From Azolla caroliniana (Eukaryota; Plantae; Polypodiophyta): DNA of 64,000 bases. How positions within the stretch are numbered: position 1 is the stretch's first letter; every line of letters starts with the position of its first letter. The position numbers were made by a program, and so were the translations under genes. Location of the stretch: contig JBHGNT010000005.1 of NCBI GenBank assembly GCA_043228905.1, positions 1,922,001 through 1,986,000 of the forward strand, in the 5' to 3' direction. Below are positions 53,124-64,000 of the stretch, piece after piece. Under the pieces are notes generated by a model. The model made no database searches. It saw only the letters and a program-made list of their open reading frames with translations, and was not told where the DNA came from.

Positions 53124-53314
53124 CAGAGTTTAGATATTCTCTCGCTCCCTCTCTCAGAGTTTAGATATTCTTACTTGCGAGCTGCGGGATCAAAGACGAC
53201 AACAAGACCTTTGTTTCTTCGCGATCTCTTGGAGAGATGGTTTGCTATGGACCTCCTCCCCTCCCCTTCCTCCTGTTCGTGTTCATGCTCATGCTCATGC
53301 TCATGCTCCTCCAT
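50102..53314 (-). CDS. RRP17: RRP17/NOL12-like nucleolar rRNA-processing protein, about 193 aa, 4 exons
   Basis: Inferred exons 53314-53175, 51166-51061, 50590-50458, 50304-50102 join in frame. The sequence VVVFDPAARKSFVTGFQKRKKKRRKIAE...RQKRLEDRKERR matches the Nop25/Rrp17 F.....R..F.TGF.KRK..RR signature, followed by an acidic linker, VVYEDEDITTIV and a basic tail. Confidence 0.82.
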
Positions 53315-53849
53315 GGAAATCTGTCTCTGTCTCTGTCTCTGTCTCTGTCTCTGTCTCTGTCTCTGTCTCTGTCTCTCTCTGTTTTGTAGTATTATGTATG
53401 TAATCAAAAGGGCTTGTATTATGCAAGGTCACTAACCTCTTCTTCTACATACATGCATACAGACGTAGGTACATACATACATACGTCCGTATATGTATAG
53501 AGTCTAGACACACATACATGTATACATACATACACACACATACTGTGTGTATGTACGTATATGTACATACCTACAAGGCTACATGCATGCATGCATACAT
53601 ACGTAGGTACATATATACACACACATGTATACATACATACCTGCATACAGTACGTATGTGGCTTATCCGCATACCCTCTTGATGGTTTCCCACAATTCGT
53701 TATCTATTGCAAGCGGTTGTTGTTGGAAACTTTTACCCCCAACCCCGATGAGAGAATGACCTCAATACAACATTCTCGTCAACCCTACAAGATTCATTGT
53801 GCATAACCTTCGAGTATCTAATCATATGAATCCCCCAACATCAACCAAG

Positions 53850-54720
53850 CCTAAGACCGTACTGTCAATATCGTGGTCATGATTGTGATGATTGGGAATA
53901 TGAGTCCAACCTACACTACAAATGAGTTGATTGCATGTATTATCATCTAGCCCTCCTTGCACAATTAAAACCACCCTAACCACCTCAAGTCTTTACTTTA
54001 GGTTTATTATGGTCGTTGACATGCTTCCATTATCAACATGTACATCAATGACTACAATGTGTCAGATGTAAAAATGAAAACATGTTAAAAGTTCGACATA
54101 TTGGGAGAGGTGCCAATTTTGGCTTTGCATGGTGGACACCAACTCGATTGAGAACCTATTGTTCCATGTTGATGGTTGCCCTTTCCATGTCTCAACGGTC
54201 ATCTTTCATCTTGCAAAATGTGAATACCCACCTTGTCCTTTAGGTTGACCTTTGAACACAATTAACGTTGAAAGACAATTGTCATAAGCTCCCCACAACT
54301 GTTCAAGTTTTATGTACTTTGAAGGTCATTCTTTTGTTCAAGATTGATGTACTTCAATTGGTGCAATTCTATCGTTACCAAAACATGCTAGTAGCCAGCA
54401 TCTCAAATGTGGAAGGGTTGATGCACAAGAGCCAACAACTTTGTCTCTCACCAAACTTGTTTGAGAATAAGAAACATCGAATCAAGAAATGCAAACTTTG
54501 CATAATGATGCAAAGTACAACTCTAGTACATGTGAACCTATGATCTTACATTGATCCACAATTAGTGCTATTTGCCAAGGATCATGTGCCATGTCTTTGC
54601 CAATACCTAGTCAACTTGATCAACCACGAGGGTGTGTTTGCATGGTCCTACAATGACACAATGGGTTGGATCCTCAATTCTGGTGTCATCATATCATTTG
54701 AAGAAGATTTCCATGGCCTA
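53850..54720 (+). mobile_element. Decayed Gypsy PR/pre-RT remnant
   Basis: VFAWSYND.MG.DP....H.I at 54634-54700 is the typical pre-RT motif DVFAWSY.D..G.DP. Confidence 0.4.
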
Positions 54721-55591
54721 ATAATATAAAATGGCTTTATATGGAATCTAGCTAGACTGTTTTTGTAATTTAATAAGTATAAGAGAGAGAGAGCCCATAT
54801 GGATGTAGCTCAATTGGTAAGGTTGCCCTGCATTCCACAATGGCATCTAGTAAATTAAGAGATATATATGAAGTAATAAAGAGGTGAGAGATTGTGTTTC
54901 AAACCCAATACATAGTGCTAATAGTGTAACAAAGTACCACTAGGGTAAGCTAATTATAATAAAAAAGAGAACGACAATCAATTAGACATCACATTCTCCT
55001 ATTGACCATGTAGGCCTCTTTGGTTGCCTCCTGATCGTCTACCCAAGCAATTTGACCCTTAGGTGATGGGACATACCATTCCTTGTGTTTGGACTCCTTA
55101 GTCCAAAGATAACATTATAATTGTCAAGGTAGAGTAGAACCATGGCAACAACTTTTATGCCAAGAACCATGACCAAAGACAACTGTGGAGAATTGGAGTA
55201 TAACCCACGATGATGACTTTCGTGTCCATACACATGGGCAACAATATTTCAACGTCATTTGTTTAAAATAGAGATGTAAACACGACATTCCATTACACAC
55301 AAAGAATTGTCACGTCAAATAAACATATCCTAACATTTTGATTAATAAACAATCCATCTCAACAAAAACCATGTGCAACTTTTTAGTTTGGTTAAGACTA
55401 TTGATTGACGGAACCATATGAGATTGGGCATGATTAGGGAGACTAAATTGGACAAAGATGCAAATAAGGTGATGACATTGCATGAAGAAAACAATAAATT
55501 ACTTCCAAGATAAACATTCAACAAATGGGCTCACAAAGCAACAAATGATGGTTGGATGTTTAGAGAAACTCATTTGAAATAAGGTAGGAAC

Positions 55592-56032
55592 TGTCATGAA
55601 TCCGTGAACATTATGTGGCTTCACTTGGGCTTTAACCCAAGACCTTGTAATACATAAACAAGAACCTAACCATTAAGATAGCATATGATTATATGAGATA
55701 ATAAAAGCTACTTCTTGTAATAGACTGATATTGTAAATGTTCTAGAATGTTCTGGACCTAGAATATCCTATAACATCTTAGGATATTCTAGGCCTAGAAC
55801 ATTCTAGAACATTATAGAAATCACTAAGTTATTCTATAGGAACCTATAAATATGGACATACAACCACATCACTACTATTGGAGGAGTTGAGGTACCATGG
55901 GTTTTTGTATTGTTATGTTGTAATAATATCGTGGCTTTTCATCTCGTCTCGTTGTTTTCATAAAAACATATGTTTGCAACGAAGAAGAAGAGAGATATTC
56001 ATGACTATTGTGTTCGAGTGGATAAGATGACA
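55592..56032 (+). mobile_element. Possible LTR (solo or truncated), end uncertain
   Basis: Starts TGTCATG, has repeated TCTAGAA motifs, a TATAAATA box at about 55845 and a possible TGACA end. No TSD found. Confidence 0.4.
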
Positions 56033-56246
56033 TGGCCTTCAAAACTATGCAAACCAAGTTTCATGTGCTTCCTAGATGTGATCATATTCAAGGATGGTTA
56101 TATGCTTTGCCCATTCTTATGGCCCATTCTTTGCAATTGGCGAGAGATAAAAGGTGGAAAGGTTGTATGTTGCATGTGGGATGATAAGGTATTTTTTGTA
56201 CTCCCATGTTTTCATAACATGTACATCACTTTTACAAAAGAAATGA

Positions 56247-56277
<31 letters not shown>

Positions 56278-56286
56278 TGAGTGAGA

Positions 56287-58032
56287 GAAAGAAAGAAAGA
56301 AAGAAATATTAACGTCTTCAAAGACCAAAGTGGCCCATGAGACAATTGGTTTACAACAAAATGGGGTATTTACCTATTCATCAAAAATAAAATTAAAATA
56401 AAATAGAACTTAAGCTAAAAGAGTTATAGTATTGTACAAAACGTGTTATGGTGTAATATATTCCCTAAAGGCTATGACTTTGTACTAGGCCTAGTTTCAT
56501 TTCAATCAAAGTATTTCGAAAAGAAACGGAAGGTCAAAGGGTTTCGATGCAGTTGTAGCCCACGGTCCCAATATAAATGGTACCCCAACCATAGTTTCTA
56601 GGCGGTGTAGTTCACGTTCCCTTCTCTTCTTAATAACTTCTACACCACGTCGAGTTGCTTTGAAGCCCGATATCTGAGGCTGTTTGGTTGTTCTTTGGTT
56701 CTCTGCTTCATCAAGGGAGAGGCCGATTAGTGCAAGTGTGTCCAGATTCATCGTCTCCCCCTATCCCTGAAAATTTTCATTTGTTACATGTTGGGGAGAA
56801 TTCTAAAGGTTCTTGTTAACATTTTGTAGCTTATTCTCTCTACATTGTTTTAGCTCTAAGATATATCTACCTAATTTCTTTATATCTCATGTATCTAATA
56901 TTTTGGAGATGGTGGGGGAGGGTCCAAGTATGTTTTGATATTTTGCCCTTATCTCGGCATAAGTTGGACACTTGCATGTAAAGTGGTATTCATCCTCTAC
57001 CTCTATGTGGCATAATCTACATATACTTTCCTCTCTAGCAACTCCATTTGTATGACCATTCTCAATCTCAAGTTGGTGAGATGATATTCTAAGTTGTCCA
57101 ATGGCAACCCTTAGTGCATTCGGTAAGAATGTATCTAGATAGAAGTGCATGAAGTGTTCCTCATTGTACAACATTTTAGATGGGAGTGGCTCTTGTGGGG
57201 TGATCCATTTATATCAAGTGTAAAATTGCCATATTTCTCAGCGTATTACTTTATTACGGTCCTCATGAGAGATTAAAGTTTTTTAAGACTCATGGTCGTA
57301 CCTAAGGGGAGGTATGTTATTAATGTCTATGTTGTTTGCAAGAAGTCAACTCACCACAATGCTATACCAAGATCTAGTGTCTCCGGACTCATAAAGTGAT
57401 CGAGATGCCTCAAAAGCTTGACGAGATATCCTATCTTTATGGTTGACAATGTATCGTATAAATAAAAACTACAAGTTCGAAAAGTGCTTCTACTAACATC
57501 AGGGGTAAAGTGCACTTTACTTTAATAATGTCATGTGGTACCATCGATTTGCTTCGAAGTTGACATAATAACATCATCACCGATGCTCTCTCTAGTTGCG
57601 TCCACATGAAAGATGGTAACTTTGAAGCCCAAACTACTAATGAATCGAAGAGCCACCCCTTAGTACGTGGGTCTTGAATGTATGCCTGGTGGCATTGTCT
57701 CTCTAAGAGTGAGAAGGATGCATATCCTCTCGTTAGTCTGTCTTTAGCTGTCTGTGTCATCGAAAATTGACCTTAGCGAGCATTGAAAGTGACTCCAAGA
57801 TATACATATGATCCAACTACCTCAACTAGTCTATGGGAGAGGGTTAGGTGACATGTAGTCCTAACTCGAATAGATGTGTGAAAGATAAGAACTTTGGTTT
57901 TTCCTAGATTCATTACCAATCCTCGTTGTGTGAAAAGTCATCTAAGGCATTAGGGAGCCTTTGTAGGTTGTGTTCCTACTCCGAGAGCAAAACTATGTCA
58001 TCTACATAAAGCAAGAGACTAACTTGTGTACC

Positions 58033-58034
<2 letters not shown>
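56287..58034 (-). mobile_element. 5'-truncated non-LTR retrotransposon (LINE, RTE-X/L2-like C-terminus), degenerate
   Basis: RT core GTQVSLLLYVDDIVLLSE...MNLGKTKVL...YVYLGVTF. C-terminal LRISSHQLEIENG...CRLCHIEVEDEYHFTCKC zinc finger (56887-57174). 3' (TTTC)5 tail. Confidence 0.85.

Positions 58035-58125
<91 letters not shown>
58035..58125. repeat. (GA)45 microsatellite abutting the LINE 5' truncation
   Basis: Pure GA dinucleotide run. Confidence 0.95.
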
Positions 58126-58127
<2 letters not shown>

Positions 58128-58862
58128 GCTTGTGGGCAGATAGGACATAATAAAATGGTATAGCCTAGTGTCTCAAATACTCTTGCATGCATAAGGAGCA
58201 AATCCTCATTAGGCAACAATGTGTCACTTCCACTCAATCACGACAATTGCTTCCTTCTCCCTGATATTGACCACGCGTTTCAAAATGTTTGTGGTCTATC
58301 TAATAGATACAAGCCAACGAGGGAGGGGAGGGGTCCTACTTCGAGTAGTTGGTTGACCACACACGGGCGATCAACAATGGGCGACCATAGTTGCACATGT
58401 TCCCTCCCCCTCCCCTACATGTATTAGGTGCAATTGCCGTGTGTCTAGTGTTACAGATACAAATACGGATACATCGTGGTTGGTTATGTTTGCAATGTGG
58501 TGTGTACGGTTGCTTTGAAGGTGAAGCGTAGGGAATCAAGCATCCACAGGGGATGATGGGAGGCCATCATTGTGAGAGGGGTAGGGCCTTGGTCCTAATG
58601 GTCTATATGGCTGCGTTGAAGGTGAGGCCCACGAACCATGTGTCTGTTTATGGGGGGAGGTGTTGGGAGGCCATTGTCGTGAGAGAGGCTACATATCGGA
58701 TGGTCCTCCATTTTGGCCCCCTGGCCTTGGGGGTGGGGGTGTGCCCAGTTTTTCTTCTTTGCCAAAGGGATACATAATAAACAGAGAAAAATATGAGTAA
58801 TATAAAAAGGTATGAATTTGGAGAAATATAAATACAATAATAATAATGAATAATAATAAAGG

Positions 58863-59035
58863 TCTCTCTCTCTCTCTCTCTCTCTTTGAGAGATACAGAG
58901 AGAGTATGTAGATGCAGAGATGGTGAAAGCTTGTTATTTTTAGGGCAGATTTCCACTCCCAGAAGATTTCTCTCTCTCTCTCTCTCTCTCTCTGCCCATC
59001 TTCTTCATTCTTCCTCTGTGCATCGGATTAACAAA

Positions 59036-59073
<38 letters not shown>

Positions 59074-59190
59074 TCGTCCCTTCTCTCTCTCTCTCTCTCT
59101 CTGATTTGCTTCTTCTCTCTCTCTCTCTCTGTTTTTTTTTCTAGCTTCTCTTTCTATCTCATCTCTCCCTCTCTCTGTCTGTTTGTGTGC

Positions 59191-59227
<37 letters not shown>

Positions 59228-59730
59228 CTTCTCTCTCTCTCTCATCTCTTTTTTTTTCACTTGTTTATCCTCTTTTATAACTGGAGAGATCATCTATCTA
59301 TCTATCTATCGATCTGCCTATGTTTTTGATGCCCTCTGTTTTAGATACTCTTATATGTCTTCGATCGTCTGTTTCCTTTATCAGAACCAGATCTGTGCCG
59401 TATGAAGAGATCAGAGATAAGCGACATTTATATGAATCTCATGGCTAAGAAGAGAGATATATTCTCTTCATCCTCTTTTAGGGTTTCTTCAGAGATCTCC
59501 TCTCACCCTTTCGAGGGCGGCTTCTTCAGAGATATTTTCTGCTTCCTCCCGTATTAGGGTTTCTTTTATTACGTGGGCCTCAGATTCTAGGGTTTCCTAA
59601 GATGATGACTATATTTGGGTTTGAAAGTTTAGGGTTCTTAAGTTAATTTAGTGTATGGGACTGAAATTGGCGGGTTTCGTAAGTATGAAATGTTAGCATA
59701 CCATGGATTATTGAAACTTAGGGTTTACCA
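58863..59730 (+). promoter_or_regulatory. (CT)n-rich and telo-box-rich upstream/5' leader region of BPC
   Basis: At least six (CT)n tracts in 58863-59245 and five TAGGGTT telo-boxes in 59479-59726. Confidence 0.6.
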
Positions 59731-61372
59731 TTCGTACGGAAATGAACATCTGGGGTTGATTTTAGCAGTAAAACTCCATCCTATTATCCTCAGATATATG
59801 ACTTCTTAATATTATAGATGTGAACTAAGATTATCCCTCGTGCTAGATCTGAAGGAAGAAGCTCTCCATCACTATCTTCTGTTTGAAATATAATAAAGAC
59901 AAAACGTGTGTGCCTACTTGTTTCCTCATTTTCTACATTTTCCCGTATTGCAGAGGATGGTTCCATGGATGTTTCTGTGTTTCTTTTTGCTACTTGACTT
60001 TATTGTTTGTAGATAACGATCTATTTTTTCTAGATATGGGCTTGAGGTTTCAAGCTTCAGTTTCCATTTCTAGCTCTTTAATAATAAAGAGTAATACTGG
60101 TAGCATCTACTTGTGTGAATCTTTATCATCAGACGTAGACCCTGGAGATATTATTTTCTCATAGTCTGTGAAGGTTTAAAAGGCAATGAATGTGTTAGAT
60201 GAGTTGGTGATTCTAATATGGGTCCCGAATATTACAAAGAGAATGCATATTTCAGGTTTTTGCTAGGAGGACCAAAAGGAAATGCAAAATGGGTTTTGCT
60301 TACATTTTGGAGACCATTATTGGCTAGAAATGGTTGCACATGACATGGAAGTAATCTGAAAAGTTATTTAACCATGAAATGAAGAGAAATTGGAAGTAGG
60401 AAATGTTGATGACGTCTTATATAATGGTGTCTTGTGTATTTATTGAGTGTTTGAATACTGTCTCATTCACGTGTCTGGGGAAATCAAAAAACTAGAGAAT
60501 TTTGAAAGTGGGAAGTCTTGATGATTGTGCCTTAGTGCATATTATGTATTACTGTCTCATGTTTCGGGAAATTGAACATCTATTGAAAACAGTTTATGGA
60601 AGGAAAATTTTGAAAGTGGGAAGTGTTGATGATGTTTTATATGATGGTGCCTTCATGCATATTATGTAATACTGTGTCATGTTTCCGGAAATTGAATATC
60701 TATTGAAAAGAGTTTATGGAAGGAAGACGGAGGGGTGACTGCAAAAGCAGAAACTATTTTCGTGAGAATAGGTTATTAGTGTTCACAAGGGGCTATAGTA
60801 TACTGACAAGATTGGGTTCAATGTCTCCAGAACGCATGAGAGTGGTGTGCTACCTTTAGTTGACATTCCAATCGTCTTGAGGTATTGACATAGTGTATAT
60901 TCTGAAGTCAGGGAGGATAGATATGATGTATAGAATAGGTTTATCTTATCCTATGTATAGGTACATAATACTTATCCTCACAAGATTGGTTGGTCCTTTT
61001 GCTCATCTGTCTTCGTATAGTGGTGCATTTTCTTGTGTGAGAGATATGGAAGTATGTGTGCATATAGTGGTTTGTACTACAGAATGGCAGGACTTAAAAT
61101 GGCATACATTTCGTACTGTTGAACTTGAATGCATCCTAATGGATGTCTAACACAACATTTTCTTATGTATAAAGACAGTGCTTTTTCTAATGGATAAATA
61201 ATGACAATGCTTTGGGATTGTGCTTTCGTACATAATTAATGTCGTGCTTATTTTATTCTTTGCAGTGCGACTGGTTCTGAATTCTCAATATCGAAATCTT
61301 AATTCGAACTTCCACTTATCAGGGAGATAAACAAGTTTTGTACTATATATGAGTACGAAGAGTTGATAGTAG

Positions 61373-62254
61373 ATGGATGACTCTGGTAGGATGGATCTAA
61401 GGCACTGGCAAAATTTCGACCCGACACATTTGAAAGACTTGTTCCGGGACCACCCTGCATTGAAGTTGATGGATGTGCTCGCAGAAAGAGATGCAGCCAT
61501 TGCCGAGCGAGAGACTGCAATGGCCGAGAAAAAGACTGCATATGCAGAGCGTGATGCGGCTCTCTTACAGAGGGATGTCGCATATGCTGACAGGAACACT
61601 GCATGGATGGAGCGTGACACCGCCCTCGCAGCCCTTGCTATGGTAAGGGCCAACAAAGACAATGCTGACACGGCATCCAAGTTAATACAAATGGTTAACG
61701 TTCCACATATCGAACCTAACCATCATCTCTCGTCACTTCAAGATTGTAACAGTGGGTTTGGAAACATGAATGGTATGAAAAAACAAGGTAAGAAGGAGCA
61801 AGAAGCACTTCCTAGGAAGCGGAAAAGGTCGGTTTCTGCCTTGACACCCAAGACTCTACCAAAAGATTTATACCATCATCAACTTCAACCACCCGATATG
61901 CCTTATAAAGTGAAGCAAGAGGCGACTACTAGCTTTTTAGGGATGGACTATCATTATGACATGTTTTCGACGCCGATACCATATTGTTCTTGCACTGGAG
62001 TTCAGCATCAATGTTATAGGTGGGGTAAAGGTGGGTGGCAATCAGCTTGTTGTACAAATGTGGTTTCTACATATCCTCTACCCATGAGTGAAACAAAACG
62101 TGGTGCGAGAGTCCCCGGTCGTAAAATGAGTGGGGGGGCTTTCAAGAAGATCTTGGAAAGGCTGAGTGCCGATGGTGTCGATGTTACTTTGCCAATTGAC
62201 TTGAAGGATCATTGGGCAAAGCATGGTACAAATAGGTATGTCACGATCAAGTGA
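61373..62254 (+). CDS. BPC: BBR/BPC GAGA-binding transcription factor, class II (alanine-zipper type)
   Basis: AERDAAIAERETAMAEKKTAYAERDAA coiled coil. NLS RKRKR. Pentacysteine domain CSCTG..QCYRWGKGGWQSACC. Ends in the WAKHGTNRYVTIK motif. Acceptor TTTGCAG at 61265 implies a 5'UTR intron. Confidence 0.96.
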   Translation: MDDSGRMDLRHWQNFDPTHLKDLFRDHPALKLMDVLAERDAAIAERETAMAEKKTAYAERDAALLQRDVAYADRNTAWMERDTALAALAMVRANKDNADTASKLIQMVNVPHIEPNHHLSSLQDCNSGFGNMNGMKKQGKKEQEALPRKRKRSVSALTPKTLPKDLYHHQLQPPDMPYKVKQEATTSFLGMDYHYDMFSTPIPYCSCTGVQHQCYRWGKGGWQSACCTNVVSTYPLPMSETKRGARVPGRKMSGGAFKKILERLSADGVDVTLPIDLKDHWAKHGTNRYVTIK

Positions 62255-63049
62255 GATTGTATTATGTCTGGTTTATGTCTTGCCCAGATAATTTGGGCTT
62301 TATCAAAACTTTTGTTTTCTTTCTTTTCTGACATTTTCATGGAAAAATTTCAAATCAATATTTGTTGTCATTTGTTATGGTTTGTTAGAATGATGCAAGC
62401 AAGATGTTAATACCTTTTTTGCCATCTCTCACTTGGTTCCATGGTCTTGTGATGTTTCCTCAAGAGAGTCTTGCTTGTTTCTCCATGCTGTTTACTGCTT
62501 TTTTTGGTGATATTAAAAAATGATTAACTTTGTTCATGTGCTTGAGGATACTGGCATGTTCAAGTCAAGATTTATAAGTGGTTGTTATAACCATAATTAC
62601 ATTGCAGGATTTACTTGAATATAATATATATATATATCGGAAATTGCTACAAACATTTGATTAGAGGATAACATACTTCAGACAGAATAAAAGAGAATCT
62701 CGTTGTATATGAACGTTGAGTGTTAACTCGGTTTTTACAACTAGTATTCAAAGGTGATTTTATTGGATTTTTTCTTGATTCACAACTCACGCCACCATAA
62801 GCTCTAGGATCCGTAGAGCATACTCAGTTAACATATATGGTCTAACATAATCACATCTCAACAATTTAAGTGACATTTTTGTCATTTGTAATAAATGCCA
62901 TAGTACCAATGATTTTATTTTATTTTTGGTTCTTTGATAACATTTTTAAGAACAGATGATTTTTGAACATTGGATTTCACACACAGCACACACACACACA
63001 CACACAATTCTATTACTTTGAATGGGAAGAAACTTCATTGTAGTTTGGG

Positions 63050-64000
63050 CACATGAAATGAGATGGACAATGGTATCATACACAATGGATCCTCTCATGA
63101 TTATCTATGTGACAGCAAGCAATAGTGGACATTTGCAATGCATTGACTATCCAATGAGGACTAAGTTATTCATTGTGTTTTAAACTTGTTTGCATATATT
63201 TGTGGATAGATTTATATGCAATTACTCAAGGCTCTATTTGAGTACCCACAAATATATATTCATAGAAAAGATGGTTTCTAAAAAGCAATTCATCATGCCA
63301 ATTGAGCCCATTAATATTGATTCTTGAATATTGAATAAGCACAATTTGGACCAATATGACCTAAGCATCTCGAGTAAAAACTAGATGCATAAGCTTCCAC
63401 AAAGAAGAGCTTAGCTAAATCAACATGGAGCAAAATAGGGGGTAGAAGTGACAACTCTCTTTAAACTTTCAAATGCCTTGATTGCTTTGAAATTCTATGT
63501 AAATGGTTGATTCTTTTGTGTGAGCTACGTAAGAGGCAACATCAACTTTGTGTAATTCTTGATAAACTAGTAGTAGAAGTTTGTGAAACCTATGAAATAT
63601 TACACATCCCCCACTAAAGATGGAGTACACCAATCTAGAGCCATTCAAACTATCATTAGCTCTTCACTTGATTCCTAGTGATTCCTCTTATTGAGACTAA
63701 ATGTATTAGAAATTTTGCTTGATTGTGGCCAAAATTGTACATCACTAATTTGGTATAGAGGTAATATTCTTCCAATTGTTATATAAATTGATGAACATGG
63801 ATGTCACATTCCTCTTGAGTCTTTGAGTAGATCATGATGTGAGCTAGCTAAACTATGGCAATGTAGAGGAAATTCCAAAAAATATCATTTGCTATATGTT
63901 GGAAAACTATTTCCATATTTGTAAGACCCAAGGACATAAATGTGTACTCAAAATGTTTGTATGAAGTGCGAAAGTAGTCTTTCCCTTGTTGCATATCAAT
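63050..64000 (-). mobile_element. Decayed Copia remnant
   Basis: RCLGHIG (GAG-pre-integrase WH.RLGH.G) at about 63350-63375. Confidence 0.3.

Noticed and set aside
54800-54850. SINE/tRNA head TAGCTCAATTGG
   Set aside because: A-box-like only, with no properly spaced B box.
61285-61680. Antisense ORFs over BPC (also over E1 exon 1 and the APRR2 linker exon)
   Set aside because: Shadow frames of real coding sequence with no independent motifs.

Overview
Eukaryotic nuclear DNA from a land plant. It has GT-AG introns, abundant (GA)n/(GT)n microsatellites and telo-boxes. A non-seed plant such as a fern is inferred from the Tcn1-like chromovirus and the gene styles, and this is not proven. Four intron-containing or single-exon protein genes can be reconstructed: a full-length but atypical UBA1-type E1 enzyme (+, 14006-25784, 12 exons), an APRR2/GLK-type pseudo-response regulator (-, 37250-33042), an RRP17/NOL12-like protein (-, 53314-50102) and a class II BBR/BPC GAGA factor (+, 61373-62254). 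Mobile DNA includes a complete but decayed Ty3/gypsy chromovirus with both LTRs and a TSD (5921-11750), a 5'-truncated LINE embedded in microsatellites, and several old Copia/Gypsy/LINE remnants. The main observations beyond the ORF track are: (1) the E1 has lost the ATP-binding SNLNRQ motif but kept its catalytic Cys and looks unlike seed-plant UBA1; (2) the chromovirus LTRs carry an antisense tRNA-Arg-like Pol III cassette and a Tf1-style self-priming signature instead of a tRNA PBS; (3) an unannotated polycistronic H/ACA snoRNA cluster (about 46970-48005, minus) sits under a telo-box/site II promoter, with guide pockets matching LSU rRNA.
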